In this document: piece after piece, positions 39,106 through 51,629 of the stretch | Layout of the letters: each line of letters opens with the position of its first letter | Numbering within the stretch: the stretch's first letter is position 1 | Assembly: GCA_977017575.1 (NCBI GenBank) | Contig: CDRNVI010000033.1 | Coordinates: 62,001 to 126,000, forward strand | DNA length: 64,000 nucleotides | Reading direction: 5' to 3' | Source: Paramoeba atlantica | Lineage: Eukaryota; Protista; Discosea | The notes under the pieces: model-generated | The model's database searches: none | Told to the model about the DNA's origin: nothing | The model's input: the letters and a program-made list of their open reading frames with translations, nothing else | Translations under genes and position numbers: made by a program

Positions 39106-40686
39106 ATGTTCATAGAGTCTGAAAAGGCCGCAGCTCCTACGGATGGAGACATCGAGATTACTCAAGGAGATCTTTGTTTAACACGCGGTTATCAGTGCAC
39201 GTACACAAGGAAGGAATTTTTTGATTTATTCCAGCCATACCAATTTGATTCAACGATTACAAATACTCCTAGGGAAGAAATGTCAGTGTTTGATTTAGGA
39301 TGCTTCCGATGGCCACTAACTATTGGATCACAAAGTGACACACCAGACATGGTGGTTCCTATTACCAACCAAACCGTATCGACGGACGCCCCCTGCGTTA
39401 CTACAATCTCGAAATTTGCAGACCAACGATCAAGAACACAGGATCCAGAGTACGCACCAGATGATACAGATAGCTTTTCAAGTGTATTTTCTGAAAAGGT
39501 ACCTTGTGGCCCTGAATCAACGGAAACCGTATTCTACTATAGAGTGGAAAAGGAGAGTCCAGCCCTAGGGCCAGTATCCCTATGTGACTTAAAAGATTAT
39601 CTCAGCATGGGATTTATTCCTTCCTCGACGCAAGTTTGGAGGAAGGACACTGCCAGGAAGACGTACGACTTGGAAAGCACCCTTGCCTTGTTTTCGCAGG
39701 GCAAAGGTTTAGATTTTGAACCATCAAGAGCGGTATCATCGAGCATAACTCTTCCTCATCATGTGGAATCGGCCAAATCTTTTGCTCAGGCACTGGCCAT
39801 TAAACCCAACTCCGTAAACGAAGATTCACAGGGACTGAAAGTACAGGACAATCGAAAGGATAATTTTGTAAACATTCTTGGGGATTCAAACCGTGATGTC
39901 GCCAAAGAGGATTTGCATGCGGATGCACAAGTTGACGAAGTCGAAGAAGTCGTATACATATGCGGCACGGAGGTTGAAAATATGAATAACAAGTGTGAGG
40001 ATCCTAACACATCCATGAACACCATGGAAAGTTGTTCAGAGAGTACAACAAATTTACCTTCCGTTGTTGATTCCCATCCATCAAAAAATTTAGAGAACCT
40101 AAAAGGTCAAAGACAAAGCAAATTACCTAGTGCGAGGCCCCATCGAGAAGCGAAGAAGGCGATATCTTTTCCCTCCCCGAAAGCTGCACGTGCCCAGGGA
40201 CAAAAACATAGTGATAATAAACCAATCTCTACAAACAAAGATACATCTTATTCTACTGCAGTCGAAGACCTTGACAAGCTTGCGAAGCTTCCATTGGATG
40301 CAGCAATCCCACCAGCACCCACTGAAACACCATGGAATCGAACAGTCAAACCAATCATTGGGTCACAGGTACCTTCACATATCAATTCTAATTCCCCGGT
40401 ACACCATTCTGGAAATTCAACACGAGTAGGAAATGTGTGGCTTCAGCGCATGAAGAAGCATCAGGGCAAAGAATCTACAGGAGATCACATAGAGAATACG
40501 AACTTTGGAGACTCACACGACGATTCAAGAAAAGAAGTGAAAACTCTAAATAGACCTGAAAATGAGTCGACAAACTCATCCAAATCGTCTAGTAACATAA
40601 ATTCTCGCAAGGGTCATCGTGTCAAAGGACGCACTGTGAAGAATTTGCTCAACGTGAAATTGCGAGACTCTCATAACCTTGACTGA
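39106..40686 (+). CDS. largely disordered protein with a GYF_2-like domain
   Basis: FYYR...LGPVSLCDLKDYLSMGFIPSSTQVWRKD. Confidence 0.7.
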   Translation: MFIESEKAAAPTDGDIEITQGDLCLTRGYQCTYTRKEFFDLFQPYQFDSTITNTPREEMSVFDLGCFRWPLTIGSQSDTPDMVVPITNQTVSTDAPCVTTISKFADQRSRTQDPEYAPDDTDSFSSVFSEKVPCGPESTETVFYYRVEKESPALGPVSLCDLKDYLSMGFIPSSTQVWRKDTARKTYDLESTLALFSQGKGLDFEPSRAVSSSITLPHHVESAKSFAQALAIKPNSVNEDSQGLKVQDNRKDNFVNILGDSNRDVAKEDLHADAQVDEVEEVVYICGTEVENMNNKCEDPNTSMNTMESCSESTTNLPSVVDSHPSKNLENLKGQRQSKLPSARPHREAKKAISFPSPKAARAQGQKHSDNKPISTNKDTSYSTAVEDLDKLAKLPLDAAIPPAPTETPWNRTVKPIIGSQVPSHINSNSPVHHSGNSTRVGNVWLQRMKKHQGKESTGDHIENTNFGDSHDDSRKEVKTLNRPENESTNSSKSSSNINSRKGHRVKGRTVKNLLNVKLRDSHNLD

Positions 40687-41016
40687 AACTTTGCCGCGCT
40701 TTCTTTGAATTTTCGTTATGTGATAAATTTGCGCCCACCTAGACTTCCTAGAGTGTAATTATACAGGGTTAAAGTACTGAAACCTACTTGTGACTTTTAT
40801 ATTCCTTGAGCGTCGGTAGATTTGGTGACACTCGCTTTGACAAAAATTAATCTCTGTTATCATTACATAAATTAATCTCTCTTAATTAAATTGACTATTT
40901 CACGCATAAAAAATAACAGAATATTTTCATTACATGAATTACAGTACTCTTGTATGGTAGAAAACTAAAAATAGATTTTTTTGTTCCAACTTAATAGTTC
41001 GTATTCTTCTTATATC

Positions 41017-42546
41017 ATGGGATTGCTTAAATACAACGTGGACGACTTCTTCGAAGAGAGCGGCGATGAGGACTCCGCATCCGCGCATCATGCCAATGCA
41101 CAGCCTTTGAAGAGCTCCACAAAGAGATGCGGCGGTAACCGAACCGCAGAGGCTGACAACGCTCGGCATTACATTTGCGATGAATTTCTTTGTAAAGATT
41201 ACCGCACGTCCCGTCCAGATAAGGCGGAGCGTGGAACTGTGGAGAATGTAATGGACCCCAGAACTCGGTTGATCTTGTATAAGATGGTACGCAGCGGTTT
41301 TCTGCAGGCCGTCCACGGATGTCTGTCAACAGGAAAGGAAGCTAACGTGTACTACTCCACCCAAGCCCAGGGAGATCCCGTCGCGATCAAGGTCTACCGC
41401 ACTGCTATTCTTCTTTTTAAAGACAGGGAGCGCTACGTCAGGGGGGATTTCCGATTTCAGCGCTATTGCAAGACAAACCCACGTAAGATGGTGCGCGCTT
41501 GGGCAGAGAAGGAGGCCAGGAATTTACGCCGCCTTGAGGCAGCAAAAATATTAGCCCCTCGGGTGCTGCAACTTCGGTTACACATTTTGGTCATGACTTT
41601 TCTGGGGTCCAAGGAAAGGGCATGGGAGCGTCTTCACGATGTCCGTTCGCTCCGTGAGCGTTTTGGTCTCAATTTGTACCGGCAAGCAATTCAAATATTG
41701 AAGGACATGTACCAACTTTGCAGGCTTGTGCACGGTGATTTTAGTGAATTTAACCTTCTAGTGGAGCCAACAGGGGAAAAGCAAGGTGACCCAGCCTCGA
41801 ATACAGAAACATTGCTACGAACGAATACTCGCTCCCCTCGCGATTCATACGACGATGAAGTTCCACCCCGTCTTTATGTAATTGACGTCTCCCAATCCGT
41901 GGAACCGGATCATCCGAATGCTTCCACCTTTCTGCGACGTGATATCGCTAATGTTAATCGTCTGTTTGTACAGTACATTCCACCAGAAGAGCGCGCTACT
42001 GTGGAAAATATTTATCGTTATGTCACCGGAAAAGCAGAAATCTTGGCTGTTGGGATCGCTCAGGGGTCAGATCCGCTGCGTGATAAAGTTTTCGAACAAA
42101 TTCCATTGCCAAATTCTTTCGGGAATTACACCACTGCGCACTGCAGTGAAGATGTAGAACGTCAATACGATGAATTGAAACAAACTCCTATATTGGAAAG
42201 TCAATTCAAAGAAATGTGCATTAAAGAAATCGAGAATGCGAATTTGCATGAAAAAATGAAAATTTCAATACCTTCTGCACTTTGTGACGAAGTTAAGGAA
42301 GATGATGCACATAGCAGTAGCTCCATTCCTCTTACGCATCAAGCTCTATCGGAAACTGAGATGCCGTACGTTCGAGCTGGTAAGTCAAAAGACGAAAGGA
42401 AGTCGCACCGCAAGGAAATTAAGGTTGAAAATAGAGAACGGCGGAAGCAAAAAGTGCCAAAACACCTCAAGAAAAAGGGTAAGGCTCGAAAACAAGTGGA
42501 GCCCGTTTTAGTATCGGACTCACAGGTATTTTCAGTGGCCATGTAA
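41017..42546 (+). CDS. RIO1: RIO1 atypical kinase
   Basis: VMDPRTRLIL, STGKEANVY, NPRKMVRAWAEKEARNL, LVHGDFSEFN, IDVSQSVEPDHP, Lys-rich tail. Confidence 0.95.
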   Translation: MGLLKYNVDDFFEESGDEDSASAHHANAQPLKSSTKRCGGNRTAEADNARHYICDEFLCKDYRTSRPDKAERGTVENVMDPRTRLILYKMVRSGFLQAVHGCLSTGKEANVYYSTQAQGDPVAIKVYRTAILLFKDRERYVRGDFRFQRYCKTNPRKMVRAWAEKEARNLRRLEAAKILAPRVLQLRLHILVMTFLGSKERAWERLHDVRSLRERFGLNLYRQAIQILKDMYQLCRLVHGDFSEFNLLVEPTGEKQGDPASNTETLLRTNTRSPRDSYDDEVPPRLYVIDVSQSVEPDHPNASTFLRRDIANVNRLFVQYIPPEERATVENIYRYVTGKAEILAVGIAQGSDPLRDKVFEQIPLPNSFGNYTTAHCSEDVERQYDELKQTPILESQFKEMCIKEIENANLHEKMKISIPSALCDEVKEDDAHSSSSIPLTHQALSETEMPYVRAGKSKDERKSHRKEIKVENRERRKQKVPKHLKKKGKARKQVEPVLVSDSQVFSVAM

Positions 42547-42670
42547 AAAAGTTATCATTTTTTAAATCAGGATTCATATCATTTTAATCATGTGCTCCGG
42601 CACGCGGGTGAAATACTTTTAAGATATTTTTGAAACAATGTCATTGGCTGAACGTTTTTTATGTGTGTGA

Positions 42671-43183
<513 letters not shown>

Positions 43184-43542
43184 CTATGGGCGAAATTGAC
43201 ATGGCGTAATTATTTCGAATTACTAAGAAAGTATTGAACTCGATTCACTAATATGGAATTAATAATTTTTGGAAGTGTAAACCTGCATCTGAAGTGAAAT
43301 ATGCTCTGAAAAGAGTGCATTTTTGATATGTTTCACAATGGTGAAGGGACGGATGTATTGAGCGTCAGACTCCCCTCAAAGTCGAAAATTTTGTATTGCT
43401 ATATGGAAAATCTAGTCTCGTAATGTAGGGGCATTATTGGTATCATTTGTTGGACAACAAACTCCTGCCCACTACACATTTTTTATACACAGTCAAATTT
43501 CATTGAGTTTCTTTCTATTACCGTCAATAAGTTGGTACCCCA

Positions 43543-44769
43543 ATGACCGAAGAAGTTAAAAATGGAGATTGGAAACAAGGACTACGAGCCCCCGAAAAGG
43601 ACACTCGTATTAAAACCGATGATGTTCGTTCCAGGCAGCAACTTACCTTTGAAGACTACCAACTCAAGCGCGAGCTTTTAATGGGAATATTTGAAAAGGG
43701 ATTCGAACGTCCTTCTCCCATCCAAGAGGAAGCGATTCCTGCCGCCATCTCCGGCAAAGATATTATGGCTCGCGCGAAGAACGGAACCGGAAAGACAGCC
43801 TCTTTCATTATCCCCGCCTTAGAAAAGGTAAACGTGAAGAACCACAAGATTCAAGTTCTTATACTCGTCCCCACACGGGAACTGGCACTGCAGACGGCTC
43901 AGGTGACCAAGGAGCTCGGTAAGCACATGGAGGTGAACGTCATGACCAGCACCGGAGGTACTTCCCTACGTGGTGACATCCAACGTTTGTTTAACCCCCC
44001 TCACATCCTAGTAGCCACCCCAGGCCGAATCTTCGACTTGGCTTCGAAAAACGTAGCTAACTTGTCTAGTTGTCACATGGTGATTTTAGACGAGGCAGAC
44101 AAACTGTTGTCCTCCGAGATGATGGAATTGGTGGACAAGGTGATTCGGTACGCGATCCCGAAACGACAGTTGCTAATGTTTTCTGCAACCTTTCCTGTCG
44201 CAGTCAAGTCTTTCTGTCACAGTCACTTGCGCAAAGCGCATGTGATCAATCTAATGGATGAACTAACCCTCATCGGGGTATCGCAATTCTACGCTTATGT
44301 AGAGGAAAAGCAAAAGATTCACTGCTTGAACACGCTGTTCACACGATTACAAATCAACCAATCCATCATCTTTTGCAACAGTGTAAATCGTGTAGAGTTG
44401 CTTGCGAAAAAAATTACGGCGCTAGGGTATTCTTGCTACTATATTCACGCTCGGATGCCCCAGGAACACCGTAATCGTGTTTTTCATGACTTCCGCCAAG
44501 GTTTGTGCCGGAACCTTGTGTGCTCGGATCTCATTACCCGTGGTATTGATATTCAGGCAGTGAATGTGGTGGTTAATTTCGATTTTCCTAGGGCCGCTGA
44601 GACTTATCTTCATCGTATCGGTAGAAGTGGCCGTTTTGGTCATCTGGGGTTGGCCATTAATTTTATAACAAAAGAAGATCGTGAGTCGGTAGTATGCATT
44701 GAGAAGGAGCTCGACACAGTAATAAAATCCATGCCAAAGGAGATTAGCCTTGACTTGTATGCAAAATAA
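43543..44769 (+). CDS. DHH1: DEAD-box helicase DHH1/DDX6
   Basis: [58 protein letters not shown]. Confidence 0.97.
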   Translation: MTEEVKNGDWKQGLRAPEKDTRIKTDDVRSRQQLTFEDYQLKRELLMGIFEKGFERPSPIQEEAIPAAISGKDIMARAKNGTGKTASFIIPALEKVNVKNHKIQVLILVPTRELALQTAQVTKELGKHMEVNVMTSTGGTSLRGDIQRLFNPPHILVATPGRIFDLASKNVANLSSCHMVILDEADKLLSSEMMELVDKVIRYAIPKRQLLMFSATFPVAVKSFCHSHLRKAHVINLMDELTLIGVSQFYAYVEEKQKIHCLNTLFTRLQINQSIIFCNSVNRVELLAKKITALGYSCYYIHARMPQEHRNRVFHDFRQGLCRNLVCSDLITRGIDIQAVNVVVNFDFPRAAETYLHRIGRSGRFGHLGLAINFITKEDRESVVCIEKELDTVIKSMPKEISLDLYAK

Positions 44770-45508
44770 TAGATCAGAATAAACGACAATACGGTCGTAT
44801 CCATGAACGAAGTGAACTACAGTGTGGAAATATCTTGACATGAGTTTTCGTAAGTTTGTCGTGTGAGCAAGAAATAATCTTCAAACTTTTTCTGGCAAAA
44901 CTAGACGTTCTGTGTTTTTAATATGGATGCTTTGTATAGGAAGTACAACTAAAAGTTCCATGATGAATACAAATTAGCTTTTATATAACATTAGCATTAT
45001 TTATCAAGACTTATATTTTTTGGTTTGTGTATAGTTGCCAGCATTTCAAACTTTTAGCATCGAATCCTTTTTATATCCTATGAAAGTAGAAGACAGACAA
45101 ATAAAGTAAAAAAACGGCAATTTCTGTTTGTATTATTCCATTTTTATAGCAGTTTCACAATAGGGTTTTATGCAAGACATACACACGACAACTTGCGTTT
45201 TTTATTTGCTTTTTTTAATAGTATTCTACCTATTCGCAATATTTTAAGGTTTGGTGTTTTGATTTTATACCGACGTTATTTGGGCCCGTTGTTAGTACAC
45301 ATACATATTTGAAAGTTAAAGTTATACATGTTGAAGTTAATGCTATGCCATTTTATTTGTAGCAATATTTTGAAACTACCAGAAAGCTAGAACATAAGAA
45401 TTCCGGCCGTGTGCAAATTATACTGGCCTACTGGAACGGTTTTTCTCTAATGGCGGATAGTGTAGCTCTTAGAGATATTTTGAACTAGCCTTTTATAGTC
45501 GCATTTTT

Positions 45509-46549
45509 ATGACGAAAAATCTTCTTTGTGTGTGCAACCCTTTACTTGACATTTCCAATACAGTAACACCGCAATTTTTGGAAAAGTACAAAATTGCCCC
45601 CTCCAGTGCCGCTCTTGCTGACCCGGAACTACATGGACCATCTTTTTTTCAAGAACTTTCTGAACAGAAAGGGACGGAGCACATAGCAGGCGGCAGCGGA
45701 ATGAACACCGCTCGAGTTTGTAGTTGGATGCTAGAGGAGAATAATAAAGTACACTACATGGGTGCCGTGGGAAAGGACCACTACGCCACGACACTCAAAG
45801 ACAACGCGACACAGAGTGGAGTTGACGTAAGCCCAATGATGGAAATTACAGATGAAACTCCGACAGGTCTATGCGCTGTGTGTATTACGGGTAAAGAGCG
45901 CTCACTGGTAGCTTCCTTACAGGCCGCAAACAAATTCGCTTATGAGCACATAAAATCTGACGCCGTGCAAAAATGTGTGAAGGATGCCTCGATCGTCTAT
46001 GCCTCGGGATTTTTTCTTACCGTCTGCCCAGAGGCCCTGTGCGATCTAGCAGAAAAGTGCAAGGCAAGAAATCTTACTTTCGGCATGAATATGTCGGCGC
46101 CATTTATTATGCAATATTTTAAGGATCCTCTCATGAAGTTACTACCGTACTGCGATATTATTTTCTGCAATGAGGACGAGGCCAGAAGCCTGGCTCAAAT
46201 GCTTGGAATTGGAGAAGGAAATCTTGAGCCCAACGAGATTGCTTCTCAGATTGCATCAAATCAAATTTTGAAAGCGAACGGTTTACAGACCGTAGTATTT
46301 ACCCAAGGGAAGGATCCAGTAGTGCTATCTTGTAGCAATAGCCCTACAGAGCTTGTTGAAGTACCTACCGTACCCTTCGAAGAGATAGTGGATACGAATG
46401 GAGCCGGTGATGCCTTTGTGGGAGGTTTTCTAAGTGGCTTATGTCGAGGCATTCCGCTGAAAAAATGCGTAGAGCTCGGAAGCTATGCTGCTGGAATAGT
46501 GATCCGACAGAGTGGTTGTCAGACACCTGGAAAACCTTCTCCACCTTAA
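45509..46549 (+). CDS. ADK: adenosine kinase (PfkB family)
   Basis: CNPLLDIS, GGSGMNTAR, IVDTNGAGDAFVGGFL. Confidence 0.93.
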   Translation: MTKNLLCVCNPLLDISNTVTPQFLEKYKIAPSSAALADPELHGPSFFQELSEQKGTEHIAGGSGMNTARVCSWMLEENNKVHYMGAVGKDHYATTLKDNATQSGVDVSPMMEITDETPTGLCAVCITGKERSLVASLQAANKFAYEHIKSDAVQKCVKDASIVYASGFFLTVCPEALCDLAEKCKARNLTFGMNMSAPFIMQYFKDPLMKLLPYCDIIFCNEDEARSLAQMLGIGEGNLEPNEIASQIASNQILKANGLQTVVFTQGKDPVVLSCSNSPTELVEVPTVPFEEIVDTNGAGDAFVGGFLSGLCRGIPLKKCVELGSYAAGIVIRQSGCQTPGKPSPP

Positions 46550-47240
46550 CAAGGGACATGCAGAACAGTTAATAAGAAACATACTTAACATTTCACAAGA
46601 GTTAGATGAGCTAACTTAAAAAAACATAGAGCTACACTTTTTCCATAAAGTATATCCATTTTTTCCTATAGTTAATACTCTATTTTCTATCGTATGTCTC
46701 AAATTATTTTGCTTATTTCAACAAATCTCGCTATCTTGAGTGGACACCAAAGAAATTGAATTGTCATAAGAATTACGAGTCTGACTTAGATTGCATAATA
46801 GATTTATAGTGGTTTCTTAATGAGTTACTCAAACTTTTCATGTGCGCTAATGAGATATTTAATACTTTTAAAGAACTATAATAGTAAGTGAAGTATTCTG
46901 GTAATGCTAGCCACATCGCTTTTTTTCATCTCTGGTTTCATCAATTTTAAGCACTGACTTTTCGTAATATTGAAAAACAGGCAGTTAAAATTTTGGTCTT
47001 ATTCAGTCTTCTCATTGTATGACTCCATGAGCGTTTCCCAATTCCTTTGATTATTGTAGTGTAAAGTTTCGTTCATCTATTTACAACATTTCATTTATGA
47101 GACGACGTTGATTAAATAACTGATACGCATTTTAAACGTTTTTAAAGCGATATAGTCAGAGGTAAGGAATCTTAATCTAGTATTTGATAATACTAAATAG
47201 GTTTATCTCGATTTTTGAATTTCGTTCATGCTATACGAGC

Positions 47241-48476
47241 ATGATAACCGCTTCCGTAAAATCACGTACAAAGCCTGAGTCACCAGAAACTCAGGCTGGG
47301 TGTCTTGGCACGCACAAAGATACTTACCAAACGTTTGTTCCCGAAAGAGTGCTTGGACAAGGTTGCTTTGGGACGGTCTACCTTGCCCGGATTTGTCACG
47401 GACCATATTGGGAGCACAAAGGTTCTATTTCTGGTACATGCGGCACATTGCCACCTGCAGTAACACTTGCACGTAACACAAATACAAATTCGAAAACTTT
47501 TGTTGAGAATTCTACATGCTCTCACGTCGCGATAAAAAAAGTGCTGCAGGACAGAAGATACAAAAACAGAGAGCTGCAGCTCATGCTACGAGTTAGTCAC
47601 CCGAATTTTGTTTCCTTACATCAGTACTATTACACGAGGGAAGAGAAATCCGAGGAGGTATATCTCAATTTGGTTTTAGAGTTTGTACCCGAGACGATAC
47701 AGCATTTCTACAAAAGCTACTTGCGCTCAAGGCAACTTGTACCAGATCTGTATCTGAGATTATTCTCCTACCAACTCTTACGCGCCATGCTTTACTTGCA
47801 TTCTCCAGAGGTAAATATTTGTCATCGCGATGTGAAGCCACATAATGTTTTGGTTAATCCAACCACTGGTGAGCTTAAATTATGTGACTTGGGAAGTGCA
47901 AAACAACTTGATGCTCAAGAGCCTAATGTGGCGTATATCTGCTCTCGATATTACAGAGCTCCGGAGCTTATTCTGGGTGCAACGCAGTACACCACGGCGG
48001 TAGACTTATGGTCTGTGGGATGTGTGATCGCAGAGCTCGTACTAAGAAGACCATTGTTTATGGGTGATAATAGCGAATCACAATTTGTTGAAATAGTTAA
48101 AATTCTTGGTCTTCCTACCGCACACGAGCTTAAAGCAATGGGTGCAAGCAATGGTATATCTTCAATGCATATTTTGATGAACGGAATGCGTAAAAAGGGA
48201 GTGTGTGGTGCAAAGTCTTCGTGGCGTGAACTGTTCCCCCCTCACATCTCAAGCGACCTGGTAGATTTAATAGCTCGTCTGCTACTCTACTCACCAAGTC
48301 ATCGTATTCTACCTGCCGATGCCCTTTGCCTTCAGGTATTCGATGGACTTCGGAATTCCTCATCAAATTTGCCCTCTGGCATTCCCATCCCTTCACTTTC
48401 TAATTTTCAAATAGAAGAAATACGGTGTATGAGCGAAGCTCATCTGAGAAAGTTGGTGGTACGACCCCCACAATAA
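47241..48476 (+). CDS. GSK3: glycogen synthase kinase 3
   Basis: VAIKKVLQDRRYKNRELQ, HRDVKPHN, AYICSRYYRAPEL; start moved to ATG 47241. Confidence 0.94.
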   Translation: MITASVKSRTKPESPETQAGCLGTHKDTYQTFVPERVLGQGCFGTVYLARICHGPYWEHKGSISGTCGTLPPAVTLARNTNTNSKTFVENSTCSHVAIKKVLQDRRYKNRELQLMLRVSHPNFVSLHQYYYTREEKSEEVYLNLVLEFVPETIQHFYKSYLRSRQLVPDLYLRLFSYQLLRAMLYLHSPEVNICHRDVKPHNVLVNPTTGELKLCDLGSAKQLDAQEPNVAYICSRYYRAPELILGATQYTTAVDLWSVGCVIAELVLRRPLFMGDNSESQFVEIVKILGLPTAHELKAMGASNGISSMHILMNGMRKKGVCGAKSSWRELFPPHISSDLVDLIARLLLYSPSHRILPADALCLQVFDGLRNSSSNLPSGIPIPSLSNFQIEEIRCMSEAHLRKLVVRPPQ

Positions 48477-48645
48477 AATTAGAAAGTCTTGTATTACTAG
48501 TATGTACATAGCCAAATGATTTTCTATACGCGTCTCGACGCAGCGTATTAATAAATTGGAAGGATCTAAAAATCCATGTCAAAACATTCAAGTAATCGCT
48601 TGAGTATTTTAGAGAAATCATTTTTGAAGGCCACATTTCTTTTAG

Positions 48646-50076
48646 ATGGAAGAGTCACACACTGCGATAGCAGAGATGCAGGAGAAATTACAAACACTCC
48701 AAGCAAGTTTTCTTCCATCTCCTCAGCAATTATTCGCTCTGAAGCGGTATATGATGGCTGAGATGGATACTGGTTTACGTGGTTCAAGTTCTCTTGCAAT
48801 GCTACCTACTTTTATAGAAAAACCGAATCAACGAAGAAGCGTTTCTCCTGGAATCTATTACGCTGTAGATCTTGGTGGTACTCATTGTCGTGTCTTGTGT
48901 TTAGCCCAGTGGAGTCACCGAAAGAAATGCCTTTTGCAGCAATCCCGTATAGTGCCCGATGCTGTAAAGAAAGGATCCTTGAACGCCTTGTTTGACTTCG
49001 TAGTCGAATGCGTGGCTACAGCTGAGTCTCTATCCACCAACGATTCTATATCACGAAGCAATTCTTGCCGCATCCCACTTGCCTTTACTTTTTCATTTCC
49101 TGTAAAACAAACCGGATTGTGCAGTGGTACTCTTCTGCGGTGGACGAAGGGTTACGCCATTTCGGATGGGAATCAGCGAGATATTGTTGAGTGCTTGCGA
49201 GAGGCACTGATAAGGAAAGGGTTACACCACTTTCATGTGGTTGCACTATGTAATGACACAGTCGGCACCCTCCTTTCACAAGAATTTTACGGACATGAAG
49301 CTGATATTGGTTGTATATTGGGTACAGGAACGAATTCGTGCTATTGGAGGAAATCTTATAACACTTCAAGTGACTCGGACAAGGAAGATGAGACAGATCT
49401 TCGCTTAACGGCCACGAACATTGAGTGGGGTAATCTTGGCAGTGGACAAAAAAATACACCGCTTCCAGATACTTCTTACGATCGCACTTTAGATCAAAAC
49501 AGCACGAATCCTGGCGAGCAGAGATTCGAGAAATTGATTTCTGGGAGGTACCTGGGTGAAACTTCACGACTCATACTTCTGGACATACTTCCTCTTCATA
49601 GTCACTCTCGTAAGTTGCTCTCGAAAGTCAATGCCATAACATCTTCCACGATGAGCAGATTTATGAACAATTCTATCAAGATAAATGGAACCTCTGGTTT
49701 CGATATGACTGATTCAAGTGAAACTCGAATTTTTAAAACTGTTTTCAAAATTGTGAGAAATCGCTCAGCACTGCTTGTTGCCGGGGCATTGTCTGCACTA
49801 GTAGACGTGATCATCAAGGAAAGAAACATTTCCAGAGAAATACGAATTGCAGTAGATGGTGGCTTATTTGAGTGCATGCCTCAATACCGAAAGATTCTTA
49901 CCCTAGGTCTACAGCAGTTATGTGGTTTGTACAGTGCAAAAATTATACATGTCAAACAAGGCAGTGGGTTGGGCGCTCTCTGGCTAGCCACTCATGGAGA
50001 AATCAAGAAGAGACCATCTGCTTGTCACACCGAAAAGGAAGCTCAGATAGTTGGTACTAGTGTATCCAAATTATAA
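48646..50076 (+). CDS. HK: hexokinase with C-terminal PTS1 (-SKL)
   Basis: DLGGT, FTFSFP, RWTKG, NDTVGT, GTGTN, NIEWG, FEKLISGRYLGE; ends VSKL*. Confidence 0.93.
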   Translation: MEESHTAIAEMQEKLQTLQASFLPSPQQLFALKRYMMAEMDTGLRGSSSLAMLPTFIEKPNQRRSVSPGIYYAVDLGGTHCRVLCLAQWSHRKKCLLQQSRIVPDAVKKGSLNALFDFVVECVATAESLSTNDSISRSNSCRIPLAFTFSFPVKQTGLCSGTLLRWTKGYAISDGNQRDIVECLREALIRKGLHHFHVVALCNDTVGTLLSQEFYGHEADIGCILGTGTNSCYWRKSYNTSSDSDKEDETDLRLTATNIEWGNLGSGQKNTPLPDTSYDRTLDQNSTNPGEQRFEKLISGRYLGETSRLILLDILPLHSHSRKLLSKVNAITSSTMSRFMNNSIKINGTSGFDMTDSSETRIFKTVFKIVRNRSALLVAGALSALVDVIIKERNISREIRIAVDGGLFECMPQYRKILTLGLQQLCGLYSAKIIHVKQGSGLGALWLATHGEIKKRPSACHTEKEAQIVGTSVSKL

Positions 50077-50138
50077 GCACATTTCTGAAAACTGAGAAAG
50101 TGCTTTTGTATTGCTATTTGCGTTTACGACCTACCGTT

Positions 50139-50446
50139 TACCGTGCACCCCCAGTAAGAGAATGGGTTTTGGGTCAAAATGGTCAAATCTCTCTTACTGG
50201 GGGGGATGCTTTTTTGGACAGTTTTCTCCCAACTTTTCTCCCAACTTTTTTTTGTGAAAACGTGTTAAAGCATTTAGCGGCCACATTTAAAATGTGGGTT
50301 ACCCCCGAGGCCCCCAACATGCGGACACTCACCCCCTACTCCCTATACGCCTCCTATAGGGCTCCCGTGCCAAATCTCTCTCACCGGGGGTCTCTTACTC
50401 AGCTCGAAAAGGGCTGAGTCTCTCTTACTGGGAGGGGTCTACGGTA
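50139..50446. mobile_element. 304 bp TA-flanked MITE-like element, family A/B, just downstream of hexokinase
   Basis: TA-CCGTGCACCCCCAGTAAG...TTTTGGGTCAAAATGGTCAAATC...; right end TTACTGGGAGGGGTCTACGG-TA. Confidence 0.72.
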
Positions 50447-50685
50447 GTGATCCGAAAGATGTTGCAGCATACGGGAGAACGACAGGGTTAGTTATGCTAC
50501 ACCCAAGCCAAAAATTATTATCGTTAAAATTCATGGTACAAAAATTATTGTTTTTTAATTGAAAGTTGATTAGTTTCGACAATAATTAAAAACTCAATAG
50601 TATTAGTCGGCAGTGTATTTACATAGTAGTTATATTTAGAAAGCTACTTCTGGGCAAAGTCTTATTTTCTTATATTTTATTTTAG

Positions 50686-51330
50686 ATGCCTGTACCAACC
50701 AGTCTACAAACCTCTGAGTACGACTACCTGTTCAAAATCCTTTTGATAGGAGATAGTGGAGTCGGAAAAAGTTGCTTGTTATTGCGTTTCGCCGATGACA
50801 CCTACGCCGAGAGCTTTATCTCTACGATTGGGGTCGACTTCAAGATACGTACTGTTCGGATGGATGGAAAAACAATCAAACTGCAATTGTGGGACACTGC
50901 TGGACAGGAAAGGTTTCGCACCATCACGTCAAGTTATTATAGAGGAGCTCATGGTATTATTGTAGTATATGATGTCACTAACCGCGAAAGTTTCGAACAT
51001 GTAAAAGGGTGGCTTCATGAAATCTCTAAGCATGCCAGTGACAATGTGAATAAAATTCTCATCGGGAACAAATGCGATCTCGTGGGTCAAAGAAAAGTGG
51101 AAAAGGAAACTGCGCAACAGTTTGCAGATTCACTGAGTATACCTTTTATGGAGGCCTCTGCGAAAAAGGCTACGAATGTAGAGGAGGCATTTAACAAGAT
51201 GACAATGGAAATTAAGCGTCGTGTGACAGCACAAAGGGCGTCTACGGGACAAAGGTCCAGTGGAATACGTCTCAACCCTCCAGGAGCAAGAAACACAGTC
51301 AAGTCGAAAGGATGTTGCTCTATCATGTAG
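50686..51330 (+). CDS. RAB1: Rab1 GTPase
   Basis: [59 protein letters not shown]. Confidence 0.96.
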   Translation: MPVPTSLQTSEYDYLFKILLIGDSGVGKSCLLLRFADDTYAESFISTIGVDFKIRTVRMDGKTIKLQLWDTAGQERFRTITSSYYRGAHGIIVVYDVTNRESFEHVKGWLHEISKHASDNVNKILIGNKCDLVGQRKVEKETAQQFADSLSIPFMEASAKKATNVEEAFNKMTMEIKRRVTAQRASTGQRSSGIRLNPPGARNTVKSKGCCSIM

Positions 51331-51629
51331 CATGTGCACAACATGTAGCTGTTGTGTAGCTTTTCATAGTTGTAGGCTCAAAAAATGGTTATCTGGAAGA
51401 ATTTTATGCAAACGTACTCTTTCAATCCTAATATCTCGTTCAACAAGTTGCTATTTTATACCTGTTTTGCTAATCGGATATGCATTTTTATAAGTATTAC
51501 GTATATTCACTCTTCACATTTGTCTTCAGACATCCTTCTACTCGGTCGTTTAGGGTGATTTATTTTTAAATTAATTCAAAATAGCCGTAAAGTACATCTC
51601 TGGGTAATGCACTGTCTTACGCCGCATCC

